Below, piece after piece: positions 18,318-29,104 of a stretch of DNA of 64,000 nucleotides. The notes under the pieces are model-generated. The model saw only the letters and a program-made list of their open reading frames with translations, was not told the origin of the DNA and made no database searches. Source of the stretch: Gemmatimonadota bacterium. Lineage in GTDB: Bacteria; Gemmatimonadota; Gemmatimonadetes; Longimicrobiales; Gaopeijiaceae. The stretch spans positions 577 through 64,576 of the forward strand of contig JBDHFN010000004.1 in NCBI GenBank assembly GCA_039590375.1. The letters run 5' to 3'. A program made the translations under genes and the position numbers. The first letter of the stretch is position 1. Every line of letters begins with the position of its first letter.

Positions 18318-19571
18318 GTGGATATCGCGCAGCTGAGAAGCAAGAGCCTTGGAGACCTCCATGACATGGCGGAGGAACTCAAGATCTCCAACTATGTCGG
18401 GCTCCGTACACAGGATCTGATCTTCCGGATCGAACAGAGTCTGCTCGACAACGAGGTGGTCCTCAGAGGCGAGGGCGTCCTGGAGATTCTGGCCGAGGGT
18501 TATGGCTTCCTCCGCTCGCAGGACTGGAATTACCTGTACGGTCCGGACGACATCTACGTAAGTCCATCGCAGATCAAGCGATTCGATCTCCGCACCGGAG
18601 ACACGGTGCTCGGCCAGGTTCGGCCCCCGAAAGAGGGAGAGCGCTACCTCGCCCTGCTCAAAGTCGAGAGCATCAACGGGGGCTCCCCCGACAAGGCCAA
18701 GCAAAGAGTCGCCTTCGACAACCTGCGTCCTCGCTATCCGGAACACAGGCTGTCCCTGGAGGTCTCCGACACCGACCTGTCGATGCGGGTCGTGGACCTC
18801 GTCGCGCCGGTGGGCATGGGTCAGCGCGGTTTGATCGTGTCGCCACCCAAAGCCGGAAAGACGGTGTTGCTGCAGAGGATGGCGAACGCCATCAGAACGA
18901 ACCATCCCGACGTCCACCTCATCGTGCTGCTCATCGACGAGCGCCCCGAGGAGGTTACCGACATGGAGGAGCACGTCGATGGAGACGTGCTTTCGTCCAC
19001 GTTCGACGAACCCGCGGTGCGGCATGTGCAGGTGGCCGAGATGGTGTTGGAAAAGGCGAAGCGTCTGGTCGAGACGGGGAAGGACGTGGTCATCCTGCTC
19101 GACTCCATCACCCGCCTCGCCCGGGCGTACAACACCACGATGCCACATTCCGGAAAAATTCTCTCCGGCGGCGTGGACGCGAACGCCCTCCAAAAGCCCA
19201 AGCGCTTCTTCGGGGCCGCCAGGAACATCGACGGTGGCGGCTCCCTGACAATCGTAGCCACGGCTCTGGTCGAGACCGGTAGCCGCATGGACGAGGTCAT
19301 CTTCGAAGAGTTCAAGGGCACGGGGAACATGGAGTTGATCCTGGATCGGCACATCTCGGACAAGCGGATCTTCCCCGCCATCGACATCAACCGCTCCGGG
19401 ACCCGAAAGGAGGAACTCCTTTTGTCCTCCAACGAGCTCAACCGCGTCTACCTCCTCCGCAACTTCCTCTCCGACATGCCGCCCACGGAAGCCATCGAGT
19501 TTCTGTTGGAGCGCATGAGCCGGACGGAGACCAATCAGGAATTCCTGGACTCCATGGCCGCGGGCGGCTGA
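18318..19571 (+). CDS. rho: Transcription termination factor Rho
   Basis: GTG start preceded by GGAG. N-terminal RNA-binding region. Walker A SPPKAGKT. 417 aa, collinear with Rho. Confidence 0.95.
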   Translation: MDIAQLRSKSLGDLHDMAEELKISNYVGLRTQDLIFRIEQSLLDNEVVLRGEGVLEILAEGYGFLRSQDWNYLYGPDDIYVSPSQIKRFDLRTGDTVLGQVRPPKEGERYLALLKVESINGGSPDKAKQRVAFDNLRPRYPEHRLSLEVSDTDLSMRVVDLVAPVGMGQRGLIVSPPKAGKTVLLQRMANAIRTNHPDVHLIVLLIDERPEEVTDMEEHVDGDVLSSTFDEPAVRHVQVAEMVLEKAKRLVETGKDVVILLDSITRLARAYNTTMPHSGKILSGGVDANALQKPKRFFGAARNIDGGGSLTIVATALVETGSRMDEVIFEEFKGTGNMELILDRHISDKRIFPAIDINRSGTRKEELLLSSNELNRVYLLRNFLSDMPPTEAIEFLLERMSRTETNQEFLDSMAAGG

Positions 19572-19694
19572 CCCGCCCCTCCTCGGTGTGCAAATGTGAG
19601 GTCCCCGATCGTCCTATGGTGTGGTGCAAGACACCAAACCAAGCAGGACCGTCTTCCTCGGTCCCGCAACAGGACACGATTCGGAGGAACCACA

Positions 19695-21755
19695 ATGCGC
19701 GCCTTCTTGCTTCTCTCGGCGATGCTCACCGGCCTGATCTTGGATGGGCCGCTGACCACCAACTCGACGGCCACGACGACTTCAACGGCCACCGTGGTAT
19801 CGGGTACGGTCACCGACGCCGTCTCTGGAGTCCCGCTCGGTGGGGCACAGATCCAGGTGGAGGGCCTCACCCTCAGCGCGCTAGCCGCGAACGACGGGCA
19901 GTACCGACTCACGATTCCTGCCTCCGCGGGATTGGAGATCGTGATTCGGGCGGACTTGATCGGGTACACCTCCATGACCAAGAGGGTGAGTCTGGGCGCT
20001 CAGTCGCTTCGCCTGGACTTCGCTCTTCAATCGTCCGCGCCCATAGAATCACGCGACGACAGCGACACGAGGGACGAGGCCGAGCTCGTCGGCGGCACCG
20101 CAGGGGCGGACGTTCGAGGCTTGGGAGCGAAAGCGGACGTCGTTTCGGTTGCCCCCAACCTGCCGAGGAGCCTTTCCGAGATCTCCGGCCGCTTCGAGCC
20201 ACGACAACGGTGGTCGGGAGCGGTCGATCGCGACCAGCAAGCATGGGGGCAGGGTCTCCGGGGACGCTACAACGGGGACTTCGAGCGAGAGGGCTACGAC
20301 CGGATCTACGAGAACGAATTCATGGCTGTGGGCGCCAACCCGCTTTCCACCTTCGGAATCGACGTGGACCGCGCGTCCTACTCCAACGTTCGGCGCTTCA
20401 TCCGTGCCGGGCAGCTCCCGCCCGCGGACGCCGTTCGTATCGAGGAGTTGATCAACTACTTCACGTACGATCTGCCCGACCCGGAGGGGCCCGACCCGTT
20501 CTCGGTTCACACGGAGGTCGGACCCGCCCCCTGGAATCCCGTGCACCGCCTCGTGCGCATCGGCATTCAAGGACTACATGTCGACACAGAGGACCTTCCT
20601 CCGAGCAACCTGGTCTTTCTCGTGGACGTCTCCGGCTCCATGCAGCCCGCGAACAAACTGCCGCTGCTGAAGTCGGCTCTCCGGATGCTCGTGAATCAAA
20701 TGCGGCCCCAAGACCGGGTGGCGATCGTGGTGTACGCCGGCGCCGCCGGTCTGGTGCTCGACCCGACATCCGGTGCGAACAAAGAGACCATCCTCGACGC
20801 ACTGTCACGGTTGGAGGCCGGGGGGTCGACGGCCGGGGGCGCGGGCCTGCGGCTCGCGTACGACGTGGCGAGGCGACATCACATGCACGGCGGAAACAAC
20901 CGGGTGATCCTGGCCACCGACGGCGACTTCAACGTCGGACCGTCGAGTGACTCGGAAATGATCCGCTTGATCGAACGGCGTCGGGATGAGGGGACCTTCT
21001 TGACGGTGCTCGGTTTCGGGACCGGGAACCTCCAGGACGCGAAGATGGAGCAGATCGCGGACCACGGGAACGGCAACTTCGCCTACATCGACACTGCACA
21101 CGAAGCCCAGAAGGTTCTGGTGAGGGAATTCGGGGGCACGCTTCACACGATCGCGAAGGACGTGAAGCTCCAGGTGGAATTCAATCCAGCCCGGGTCCAG
21201 GCATATCGTCTGATCGGATACGAGAACCGTGTCCTGGCTGCGGAGGACTTCAACGACGACCTCAAGGACTCCGGGGATCTCGGGGCCGGGCACACCGTAA
21301 CGGCCCTTTACGAGATCATTCCGACCGGCGTGGACACGAGTACGCCTATTCGGGGCCTGGACGAGTTGCGCTACCAACGCACCGACGGGCGGGATTCGCT
21401 CCGCGACAGCCCGGAGATGCTCTTCGTCAAACTGCGGTACAAGGAGCCGAACGGGAGCCGCAGCCGACTCCTCAGCCATGCGGTGAGGGACGTCGGTGCG
21501 CGGACGGACGTCGATCGGCGGGGCGACAGCGATATGCGGGGCGACGCCGAGGCCGAGACTTCGTCGGACTTCAGGTTCGCAGCATCGGTGGCCGCGTTCG
21601 GCATGGTCCTTCGCGACTCCGAGTACCGTGGATCGGTGGATCTGGCGACGGTCCTCCGGTGGGCCCGTGGTTCGGTGGGCCCGGACCTGGAGGGGTACCG
21701 AAGAGAGTTCGTAAGGATGGTCGAGGAGGCTCGACGCCTGGCGGATCGTGGTTGA
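19695..21755 (+). CDS. von Willebrand factor type A domain protein (YfbK-like) with N-terminal CarboxypepD_reg-like domain
   Basis: GGAGG then ATG at 19695, followed by a signal peptide. VSGTVTDAVSGVPLGGAQIQV beta-sandwich motif. vWA MIDAS motif LVDVSGSM. C-terminal YRLIGYENR block (DUF3520-like). Confidence 0.88.
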   Translation: MRAFLLLSAMLTGLILDGPLTTNSTATTTSTATVVSGTVTDAVSGVPLGGAQIQVEGLTLSALAANDGQYRLTIPASAGLEIVIRADLIGYTSMTKRVSLGAQSLRLDFALQSSAPIESRDDSDTRDEAELVGGTAGADVRGLGAKADVVSVAPNLPRSLSEISGRFEPRQRWSGAVDRDQQAWGQGLRGRYNGDFEREGYDRIYENEFMAVGANPLSTFGIDVDRASYSNVRRFIRAGQLPPADAVRIEELINYFTYDLPDPEGPDPFSVHTEVGPAPWNPVHRLVRIGIQGLHVDTEDLPPSNLVFLVDVSGSMQPANKLPLLKSALRMLVNQMRPQDRVAIVVYAGAAGLVLDPTSGANKETILDALSRLEAGGSTAGGAGLRLAYDVARRHHMHGGNNRVILATDGDFNVGPSSDSEMIRLIERRRDEGTFLTVLGFGTGNLQDAKMEQIADHGNGNFAYIDTAHEAQKVLVREFGGTLHTIAKDVKLQVEFNPARVQAYRLIGYENRVLAAEDFNDDLKDSGDLGAGHTVTALYEIIPTGVDTSTPIRGLDELRYQRTDGRDSLRDSPEMLFVKLRYKEPNGSRSRLLSHAVRDVGARTDVDRRGDSDMRGDAEAETSSDFRFAASVAAFGMVLRDSEYRGSVDLATVLRWARGSVGPDLEGYRREFVRMVEEARRLADRG

Positions 21756-21826
21756 GCGCCACGTGGTTGACCCCCTCACCTCAGCCCGCGATTCTGAGCA
21801 TCGTGCACCGCCAACACCACGGAGCG

Positions 21827-22306
21827 ATGGATCAAACGATACAGGACAGGGCCGACCAGATCTTCGAGGAGGCTCTGAGCCAAACCGGAACGAGGGACCC
21901 GAGGGAGTTTTATCGAAAACGCCTTCGCGAGTTGAAGGCGGACAACCCGGAGGCCTACCGTGACGCGGTAGCGTATTACGAGAATGAGCTCGTCCCCTCG
22001 ATCGCCGAGGCCGGCGACGATCCCGTGACGGCTTGGCAGCGCTTTGGGTGCCGCGTGGCCGAGTTGACCGTCGCCGGAACGCCCATGGAGATCGATGCGA
22101 CCGGGCGAACGCTCCCGTACCAGCCACCCACGCCCGTGGATCGCATGGTCCTTCATGTTCCCAAGGGAACGAAGGGCCGCGCACTCGTCGTCGGGCTCCC
22201 GCCGGAACTATCGGCGGCGCAGTTGGCTACCTATGATCTGCTGGTGGGTGGACGTCAAAAATTACGCGACGAAGGGGCCGGGACCCCGGAGAACTATGAT
22301 GTCTGA
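21827..22306 (+). CDS. Hypothetical protein
   Basis: Start taken at the internal ATG (MDQTIQDRADQIF...). Helical N-terminus. No recognised domain. Confidence 0.55.
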   Translation: MDQTIQDRADQIFEEALSQTGTRDPREFYRKRLRELKADNPEAYRDAVAYYENELVPSIAEAGDDPVTAWQRFGCRVAELTVAGTPMEIDATGRTLPYQPPTPVDRMVLHVPKGTKGRALVVGLPPELSAAQLATYDLLVGGRQKLRDEGAGTPENYDV

Positions 22307-22580
22307 ACAGAGACTACGAACTCCGACGAACCTCGTCTGGGCACCGCGTCCGGGATGGGCGACCGTGCGCCTGGTGGGAACGTGCGCTGACCGAACCCTC
22401 CGGCGGGGACGAGTCGTTCTGCACACGCCGAGCGACGAGTACGACATCCCCGGTCAGGACGACGGTATCACGCCGGGCACACTGGTGATCATCCTCCATG
22501 AAGCGGCACGCCTGGTCGAGGACGATCTCCACCTCGTGCCGGAGCACGCGATCGTGGCCCTGGGCGAGGCTCTGCCCTAG
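22296..22580 (+). CDS. Hypothetical small protein (94 aa)
   Basis: ATGATG start overlaps the upstream stop by 11 nt. No recognised domain. Confidence 0.4.
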   Translation: MMSEQRLRTPTNLVWAPRPGWATVRLVGTCADRTLRRGRVVLHTPSDEYDIPGQDDGITPGTLVIILHEAARLVEDDLHLVPEHAIVALGEALP

Positions 22581-24391
22581 TCCTCCACCATGTAGGCGAG
22601 ACCCCACGCCCCGATGCCGATGTGCGTCGCGATTACCGGTGTAACCGGCGCGCTGAGGATTTCCACTTCCCCATAGCGGGCCACAAGAAGGTCTCGTACC
22701 TCCGGCACGATCTCCGGAACACCGACGTGTACGATACCGAAGCGAACCGTCTCCGGGACGCGTTCCATGTCCTCGGCGACGGCATCCAACAGCGCCGTGA
22801 CGACCCGCCTTCGACCCACCGCCGTGGCCCGGGGCACCACCTTGCCCTCGCGATCGATGGACAAGATCGGTTTGACGTTCAACAGGGTGCCGAAGAATGC
22901 CTTGCTGCGGCTGACCCTGCCCGACGCCAAGAGGCGGTCGAAGGTCTCGATCGTGAACATGACGCCCGACTGATCTCTGATGCGGCTCAACTCCTTCACG
23001 ATCTCATCCGGGGGCACGGCCATCTCGGCGAGCTCCGTGGCTTTCAATACCAGGAGTCCTTGGAGAAGAGAGACTCCCCGTGAGTCCGCGAGATGGATGG
23101 GCAACTCCGGTTCCTGGCCGGCGGCGGCCTCCGCGGACTGATACGTGCCGGACAGGGCAGAACTGACGATCACACCCACGACCTGCTCGGCATCCGCCGC
23201 CGCTCGCTTGAAGCCCTCCAGAAACGAGGCGGGCGGCGGTTGCGACGTTGTCGGTAGCTCCTCCTGCGAAGCCAACATCTTGTGAAACCGCTCCGCTGTC
23301 ATGTCCACGCCGTCCCTGTAGACGTTGTCCCCATCGACCAGCATCATCGGGACCACCTGGATCCCGTGGGCGCGCACGATCTCCTCGGGAAGGTCGGCGG
23401 CACTGTCGGTGAGAACCCCGACTGGACGGCGTGCGAGAGCGAGATGGTCACTCGCCGCACGCCCGACCGCGTCGTACTGGGCCTTCATGTCCTCGGCCTT
23501 GTGGGTGACCAGGTCACCCAGGCCCTTCAGGTAGGTGAAGACCTCGTCGGGCTCATCCGTGTGGATATGGACTTTGAGGACGTCATCGGAGCGGATCACG
23601 ATCATCGAGTCACCGTGGGTACGTAAATCCGCGCGCACTTCCTTCTGCTCCGGCAGGTCTTTCCCACGGACTAGCGCCTCGGTACAGAACTGATATCGCT
23701 CCACACGATCCGGATACTCGACCGAGGCCAGTATCGGAGGGCCGGCCGTGAACTCCTCACCCGTCTCAACGGATAGCGAATCCCCACGGAGAAACATGAC
23801 CACTCCCTCCAGGAGGCTCACGAAGCCTTTGGCGCCCGCATCGACCACGCCCGCCGAAGAGAGCACCGGCAAGAGCTCCGGGGTCCGCTCCAGGGAGTCG
23901 CGGGCCCGATCGAGCATATGCTCGGCCAGCGGAGCGATGTCTTCGATTTCCGCTCCGGACACGGCCCTGGCCGTGTCTCGCATGACCGTGAGAATCGTAC
24001 CCTCCACCGGGGCTTCCAGCGCGTCGGAGAGGTTCTGGACCCCGGCCTCCAGCGCGCCCCCGAAATCCGAAGCGTCCATGCGGGTCTGCCCCTCCAGGCT
24101 TCGAGCGAAACCCAGGAGAAAGTGGGACAGCATCATGCCGCAGTTTCCGCGAGCGCCCAGTACGGCGGCCTGCGCTGCCTCCTGCGCCACCACACCCACG
24201 GATCTCTCGGTGCTGCGGTCGAGATGATCCGCAATCGCCTGCACCGTGAGGTACAGGTTGGTCCCGGTGTCTCCGTCGGGGACAGGAAACACATTGATAC
24301 GATTGAGTTCGCTACGCTGCAGCTGCGCCCAATGGCAGCCCGCAGTGAGAGCCCGCCGAAGCCGAGGACCATCGATATAGCCGATCTGCAT
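22577..24391 (-). CDS. DAK2-domain (YloV-like) / DegV-domain fusion protein
   Basis: N-terminus [14 protein letters not shown] is typical of the DAK2/YloV family. The C-terminal half ([12 protein letters not shown]...IQVVPMMLV...TTSQPPP) is typical of DegV fatty-acid-binding proteins. Start at the internal ATG (MQIGYIDG...). Confidence 0.85.
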   Translation of the reverse strand: MQIGYIDGPRLRRALTAGCHWAQLQRSELNRINVFPVPDGDTGTNLYLTVQAIADHLDRSTERSVGVVAQEAAQAAVLGARGNCGMMLSHFLLGFARSLEGQTRMDASDFGGALEAGVQNLSDALEAPVEGTILTVMRDTARAVSGAEIEDIAPLAEHMLDRARDSLERTPELLPVLSSAGVVDAGAKGFVSLLEGVVMFLRGDSLSVETGEEFTAGPPILASVEYPDRVERYQFCTEALVRGKDLPEQKEVRADLRTHGDSMIVIRSDDVLKVHIHTDEPDEVFTYLKGLGDLVTHKAEDMKAQYDAVGRAASDHLALARRPVGVLTDSAADLPEEIVRAHGIQVVPMMLVDGDNVYRDGVDMTAERFHKMLASQEELPTTSQPPPASFLEGFKRAAADAEQVVGVIVSSALSGTYQSAEAAAGQEPELPIHLADSRGVSLLQGLLVLKATELAEMAVPPDEIVKELSRIRDQSGVMFTIETFDRLLASGRVSRSKAFFGTLLNVKPILSIDREGKVVPRATAVGRRRVVTALLDAVAEDMERVPETVRFGIVHVGVPEIVPEVRDLLVARYGEVEILSAPVTPVIATHIGIGAWGLAYMVED

Positions 24392-24531
24392 GCGGCAAGA
24401 TCGACGCTGACGGGTTACCGTGCAACGGACCGCGCCCGAAGGGCACCTCGGAGGTATATCTTCTTGGGAATCGTAACGAGCCGCGACGCGGCCCACTCCA
24501 CTTCTTCAACGGCCTTCCAAGGTGGTTCGAT

Positions 24532-24885
24532 ATGGGCGAACTAGAACACATGAAATGCGAGGCCTGCCGGCGCGGAGCCCCGCAAGTCACCGCAGAGGAG
24601 GGTCGAACGCTGCACGCGCAGATCCCCGATTGGGCACTAGTGGAACGAGAGGGCGTTCAGCGTCTCGAGCGCGAGTTCGCCTTTCCGGACTTCGCCATTG
24701 CGCTCGCCTTTACGAACGCGGTGGGAAGCCTGGCCGAGGAGGAGGGCCATCACCCGGCACTCCTCACGGAGTGGGGGAGGGTCACCGTGACATGGTGGAC
24801 CCACAAGATCCGTGGTCTCCACCAAAACGACTTCATCATGGCGGCCAAGACCGACCAGCTATCCGGCTCCCTCGATCTCGAGTAG
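24532..24885 (+). CDS. 4a-hydroxytetrahydrobiopterin dehydratase (PCD/DCoH)
   Basis: EEEGHHPAL...W.TH motif ([34 protein letters not shown]). 117 aa. Confidence 0.9.
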   Translation: MGELEHMKCEACRRGAPQVTAEEGRTLHAQIPDWALVEREGVQRLEREFAFPDFAIALAFTNAVGSLAEEEGHHPALLTEWGRVTVTWWTHKIRGLHQNDFIMAAKTDQLSGSLDLE

Positions 24886-25908
24886 CCGCTGCTTCCGCCA
24901 CAGCCCACCACCGTATCCCGTCAGCCTCCCGTCGGATCCGACCACCCGGTGGCAGGGAATCAGAATGGCGATGCGATTGTCCCCGTTCGCTCGCGCGACC
25001 GCCCTGACGGCGGTCGGGCGCCCGATCTCGGCGGCAACTCCTGCGTAGCTTCGTGTTGTCCCTGAGGGGATTGTCCCAAGCCGACTCCATACTAGACGCT
25101 GAAATTCGGTGCCGGGGGTCAGGAGCGGTACACTGAATTCCGTCAGGCCACCCCGGAAGTAGCCCTCGAGTTGGGACGTGAGTTCGGTGAAGAGCGCGCT
25201 GGATCCGGGAACGAACACACAGTCCAGGCGTTTCTGAAGCCGCACGATCTGGGTCTCGATCATCCGTCGGTCGGCGAATTCGAGAAGGCAGAGGGCGTCA
25301 TCGACAGACCCGGCGACCATGGGTCCCAGGGGAGTCGGAATCCGCGTGAGTGTCACCACCTTGGCATCGGTAAACGCCGTAGGCGCTTCTCCCATGAAGC
25401 GCTTGAACGCCTCGTTGAAGCCACTCAATGAATCGTAGCCCGTCTGAAACGCGGCCTGACTCACACCCGATCCATGTCTGATCTGCCCCAGGGCCAGACC
25501 CAATCGGCGCGCACGCCCATAGGCGTGAAACGTCATACCATGGTGCGACTGAAACCACCGTCGCACACGCTCCGGGCTGAGCCCCCGGTCTCGAAGCTCC
25601 TGATCCGTCCAGCGCCTCCCCGGCTCGGCATCGAAGTCCCGAAGGAGATCCTCGAGCCAGGCCGGCTGGGTGCCCGTCGGCTCCATGGGCCGGCACCTCT
25701 TGCAGGGTCTGAATCCGGCGAGTAGGGCGGCCTGAGTCGACGAGAAGAATTCGACGTTCTCCTCGCGGGGCTTCTTCGCGGGGCACGTGGTACGGCAGAA
25801 GACGCCGGTGGTTCGCACTCCGGTGAAGAACACCCCGTCGTATGACCCGTCGCGCGAAAGAAAGGCTTCAATCATCTGACCGCGGTGCGGCATCGTTTGT
25901 GTATTCAT
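24859..25908 (-). CDS. ada: Bifunctional Ada: methylphosphotriester-DNA methyltransferase / AraC-type activator / O6-methylguanine-DNA methyltransferase
   Basis: Ada zinc site [10 protein letters not shown]...GFRPCKRC, an AraC HTH region, and a C-terminal PCHRV active site. The 3' end overlaps the convergent PCD gene by 27 nt. Confidence 0.88.
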   Translation of the reverse strand: MNTQTMPHRGQMIEAFLSRDGSYDGVFFTGVRTTGVFCRTTCPAKKPREENVEFFSSTQAALLAGFRPCKRCRPMEPTGTQPAWLEDLLRDFDAEPGRRWTDQELRDRGLSPERVRRWFQSHHGMTFHAYGRARRLGLALGQIRHGSGVSQAAFQTGYDSLSGFNEAFKRFMGEAPTAFTDAKVVTLTRIPTPLGPMVAGSVDDALCLLEFADRRMIETQIVRLQKRLDCVFVPGSSALFTELTSQLEGYFRGGLTEFSVPLLTPGTEFQRLVWSRLGTIPSGTTRSYAGVAAEIGRPTAVRAVARANGDNRIAILIPCHRVVGSDGRLTGYGGGLWRKQRLLEIEGAG

Positions 25909-26093
25909 GCGAGTCAATGTGGGGGGTCGTCGCGGCACAATCCACCGGAAAACCGACGTCGAATTCTGCGCCCGCGGGCCCCGCCATCGGGGCCTGCACA
26001 TATGTGAGTCCGTGAAGCTTGGCATCCTTCATGCATCTATTGAAGAAGTGTCACTGAGTTATCGCTTGGGATTTCATCATGGGAGGATCGAAC

Positions 26094-26762
26094 ATGGCTA
26101 GGCGCATCGGTTTACGGCCACGGCTCATCAGGGGAGCCGCTTTGACGTTCGCTGGCATCATGGCGGCGTGTGCACACGTAGGGCAGGAACAGTTCGACGC
26201 GGAGGTCGCCGCCCTCCGGGCCGAGATCGAGGAGTCCGGCGACGACTCCAATCGTCGCACACAGGCGCAGTTGGCCCAGTTGGAGGCCCAGATGGATCGG
26301 CTTGCCAGCGGTCTTTCCCAGCTCGAAAGGGAGTTCGACGTCACGGTGCAGCGACTCGAAACGTCGGTTCGCTTCGACATGCCGGTGTACTTCGAGTTCG
26401 ACAAGGCGAACCTACGGCCCGAGGATCTCCCGGTACTCGACCGCTTCGCGGGCGTTGTGGGCGAGTACTACGAGGATCCTCTTCTGACCGTCGAGGGATT
26501 CACCGATCCGTCTGGCTCCGACGCGTACAACCTCGCGCTCGGTCAGCGACGGGCCGAATCCGTCATGAGGTACCTGGTCGAATCGGAGGGCTTCTCGGCA
26601 GAGCACGTCAGGGCCGTGAGTTACGGTGAGGACGCTAGCCGTCTCGTCGCACCCGGGCAGGGCGGGCCGGAGGCGGGTTGGCAAAATCGGAGGGTGGTGC
26701 TGGTCATCGAGCAGGTCGGCTACGAAAGCGACGCGCCCATGGTCATCGGGGACGATCTGTAA
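26094..26762 (+). CDS. OmpA-family lipoprotein with coiled-coil linker
   Basis: GGGAGGA then ATG at 26094. Lipobox-like FAGIMAAC. OmpA C-terminal-like block FDKANLRPED...TDPSGSDAYNLALGQRRAESV. Confidence 0.85.
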   Translation: MARRIGLRPRLIRGAALTFAGIMAACAHVGQEQFDAEVAALRAEIEESGDDSNRRTQAQLAQLEAQMDRLASGLSQLEREFDVTVQRLETSVRFDMPVYFEFDKANLRPEDLPVLDRFAGVVGEYYEDPLLTVEGFTDPSGSDAYNLALGQRRAESVMRYLVESEGFSAEHVRAVSYGEDASRLVAPGQGGPEAGWQNRRVVLVIEQVGYESDAPMVIGDDL

Positions 26763-26836
26763 TCACCCGTCCTGTCGGCGTCGAGCCGGTCCGGCCGGGT
26801 CGTGATACGATCCGCGCCGGCCGGCCCCGCCTGCAC

Positions 26837-27376
26837 TCAGCGGGGAAGACCCAGAAACTCGGTCACCTCCGTGGCCACCCGGGTCAGCAATAATCTTCTG
26901 TCGCTCTCTACATCGGCGCCGACCTCGAACTCGCCTCGCCAGAGGACGGTACCATCGTCGACGCGGAACACCTCCGCCACGAGGATGACCGGAACGCCCC
27001 CAGGGACCTCACGCCCGACCAGGACCATGTCGGCGCCGAGCGCCATGCCCACGGCCAGAGGATCATCCCCGGCCTCGACGTACCGGGAGGTACTAGCCGG
27101 TCCGAACACGCCCAGGACATTCGGGTCGGCTCGACCGAAATAGGCCGCCAGCCCCTCTCCGAATCCCCCGTATGGGTCCGATCCAGCGCCAGGGTCTGAC
27201 CCCTGGAAGGGAAGCACAGCCAAGACGGGTCTTCCCCCGGGAGTGCCCCGATCACCCCGCACCATCATGAAGAGAACCGAGCCCACGAAGAGCGCGGAGA
27301 CCATGATCAGGAGGGTCGTCAACGTCCGGCGGGCGGCGGCCCGCTGGTCCTCGGGTGGAACAGTACTCTCCATCAT
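26837..27376 (-). CDS. Membrane-anchored hypothetical protein (TolB-N-like/periplasmic sensor-like domain)
   Basis: Single N-terminal TM, then a LAVLPFQG...GEGLAAYF pattern. Lies 26 nt downstream of the ZIP gene. Confidence 0.55.
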   Translation of the reverse strand: MMESTVPPEDQRAAARRTLTTLLIMVSALFVGSVLFMMVRGDRGTPGGRPVLAVLPFQGSDPGAGSDPYGGFGEGLAAYFGRADPNVLGVFGPASTSRYVEAGDDPLAVGMALGADMVLVGREVPGGVPVILVAEVFRVDDGTVLWRGEFEVGADVESDRRLLLTRVATEVTEFLGLPR

Positions 27377-27402
27377 CGACCCCCTCCCCGGAGAGCCATC
27401 GT

Positions 27403-28212
27403 CTAACCCAGCGCGACGTCGAGGACCATCATGATCGCGAATCCTCCAAGAGCCCCCATGGTCGCATAATCGCCGTGCAATCCGGCCTGCGATTCAGGAA
27501 TCAACTCCTCGACGACCACGTAGATCATCGCGCCCGCGGCGAATGCCAGAGCATATGGAAGAATGGGCATCATCGCGATGACGGCCACCGCACCTACGAA
27601 CCCGGCAACGGGTTCGACGATCCCCGACAACTGACCGTACCACATGGCCCTGGACCGAGAAAATCCCTCCCTGCGTAGAGGGACCGCCACGGCCGCGCCC
27701 TCGGGAAGGTTTTGAAGGCCGATTCCAATGGCAAGGGCCACCGCGCCCCCGAGCGTCGCTGCGGGCATACCTGCCGCTGCAGCCCCGAACGCCACACCCA
27801 CGGCAAGGCCCTCAGGAATATTGTGTATCGTGATCGCCATAACGAGCAGAACGGTGCGTTGCCATCCGGTCTCGGGACCCTCCGCAGACTCTCGCGGCAT
27901 GTTGGGGTGGAGGTGGGGAAGAAGCCGGTCTACAAGGCCGATAAACGCCCCCCCTGCCAGAAATCCGACCAGGGCAGGCCACCACGGTGGGACCCCGTAC
28001 GACTCGGCCATTTCGATAGACGGGGCGAGAAGCGACCAAAAACTCGCCGCGATCATCACGCCCGCGGCAAAGCCGAGCATTACGTCCATCACCCGCCGGT
28101 CGATCTCCCGAAAGAAGAAGACGAGCGAGGCACCGACACTCGTGAGCAACCAAGTCCCCAACGTTGCAACCACCGCTTGGCCCACCGGGTGGAGCTCCAC
28201 AAACCATCCCAC
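27403..28212 (-). CDS. ZIP-family divalent metal transporter (ZupT-like)
   Basis: Multi-TM. Conserved [10 protein letters not shown] and [12 protein letters not shown] motifs. GTG start. Confidence 0.88.
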   Translation of the reverse strand: MGWFVELHPVGQAVVATLGTWLLTSVGASLVFFFREIDRRVMDVMLGFAAGVMIAASFWSLLAPSIEMAESYGVPPWWPALVGFLAGGAFIGLVDRLLPHLHPNMPRESAEGPETGWQRTVLLVMAITIHNIPEGLAVGVAFGAAAAGMPAATLGGAVALAIGIGLQNLPEGAAVAVPLRREGFSRSRAMWYGQLSGIVEPVAGFVGAVAVIAMMPILPYALAFAAGAMIYVVVEELIPESQAGLHGDYATMGALGGFAIMMVLDVALG

Positions 28213-28230
28213 GAACGGCTCGCCGAATCC

Positions 28231-29085
28231 CTAGAGGTCCAGCACGAAGCCGAGACCGTAGAACGTCTCGTCCGAATCGCGGAAATGGCCCATCGGCGTG
28301 GATCCGAAGCGGGCTCTCGCTTCGAGCCGGAAGCGTTGCCCGTTCACACGGAATCCCATGCCTCCAACCAGCGTGGTGCCCAACTGCTCGGAGAAGCTAC
28401 CGTACTCGAAGTCGCTCGCGAAGAAGGGCCAACTGCCGTTGTCCTCTCCGGGTTCGACCGGCTCCCACTCACCACCGAAGCGTACTCTGGCACGCGACAT
28501 CAGCTCGTTCGTGTGGAAGTCCACATCACCCCCCACGTAGAGGCGCACGCTGTTGCCGACCCTGCGAGCCAAGATCCCCTCGAAGCCGTCCTTCGAGGTC
28601 TGGCCGAATCCACCCGCGAGCAAGGCCTGGCCAAATCGTACGAAGTAATCGTCCCCGAGATGCGAACTGACATGCCGGAGCGTGAGCCTGGACTCCCAGG
28701 GACCAAGCCGGATCGAGATGGGGAAGCCTATGCGAAAATCGCTATTGATGAGGTCCTTTTGAGGCACCTCCATGAAGAAGCGGGAAAAGATCCCCATTTC
28801 GATTCCGAGAGTGACGGCCCGGTCCGGCGATGTGCCATCGTCGAGCCGTAACAGGCCGAGGCGGTGGCCGACGGCGACTTCCGCTTCGATGTTTCGACCG
28901 ACGTATCCCCCAGGACGGTCCGCATAGACGAATGAGGCCCGCACCTGCACCTCACGTGGAGTCGCCATGAGGGTCGAAAACGGCTCGACGTCGGGGAACC
29001 ATCGCGACTCGAGCTGCGCGGAGGCCGACGCCGGGGAGAGCAGGACCAGGGCGGCGAGCCACAGCCATGTGCAGACCTGCGCCAC
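28231..29085 (-). CDS. DUF1207 domain-containing exported protein
   Basis: GTG start at 29085 gives a signal peptide (VAQVCTWLWLAALVLLSPASASAQ). PDVEPFSTLMATPRE...RLTLRHVSSHLGDDY matches the DUF1207 pattern. Starts 20 nt after the thyX stop. Confidence 0.75.
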   Translation of the reverse strand: MAQVCTWLWLAALVLLSPASASAQLESRWFPDVEPFSTLMATPREVQVRASFVYADRPGGYVGRNIEAEVAVGHRLGLLRLDDGTSPDRAVTLGIEMGIFSRFFMEVPQKDLINSDFRIGFPISIRLGPWESRLTLRHVSSHLGDDYFVRFGQALLAGGFGQTSKDGFEGILARRVGNSVRLYVGGDVDFHTNELMSRARVRFGGEWEPVEPGEDNGSWPFFASDFEYGSFSEQLGTTLVGGMGFRVNGQRFRLEARARFGSTPMGHFRDSDETFYGLGFVLDL

Positions 29086-29104
29086 TCGGCGCTCACCGGA
29101 TCGA

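Noticed and set aside
18024-19352. 442-aa minus-strand ORF opposite rho. Similar long antisense ORFs occur at 26..1642, 11267..12343, 20805..22184, 27712..28851, 33458..35440, 50689..51834, 57080..58993 and 61668..62726.
   Set aside because: All lie opposite genes with unambiguous family motifs (rho, fumC, vWA, ZIP, amidohydrolase, MMPL, DAACS/LctP, gyrB). They have biased Arg/Pro/Gly composition and no recognisable domains.
22296-22580. Possible GroES/Cpn10-like pattern in the 94-aa ORF
   Set aside because: The resemblance is limited to a few hydrophobic positions. There is no mobile-loop motif, and I cannot support it without a profile search.
24859-24885. 27-nt convergent overlap of the pterin dehydratase and ada 3' ends
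   Set aside because: Only the non-conserved C-terminal tails of the two proteins overlap. This is common in compact high-GC genomes and is not evidence of anything unusual.
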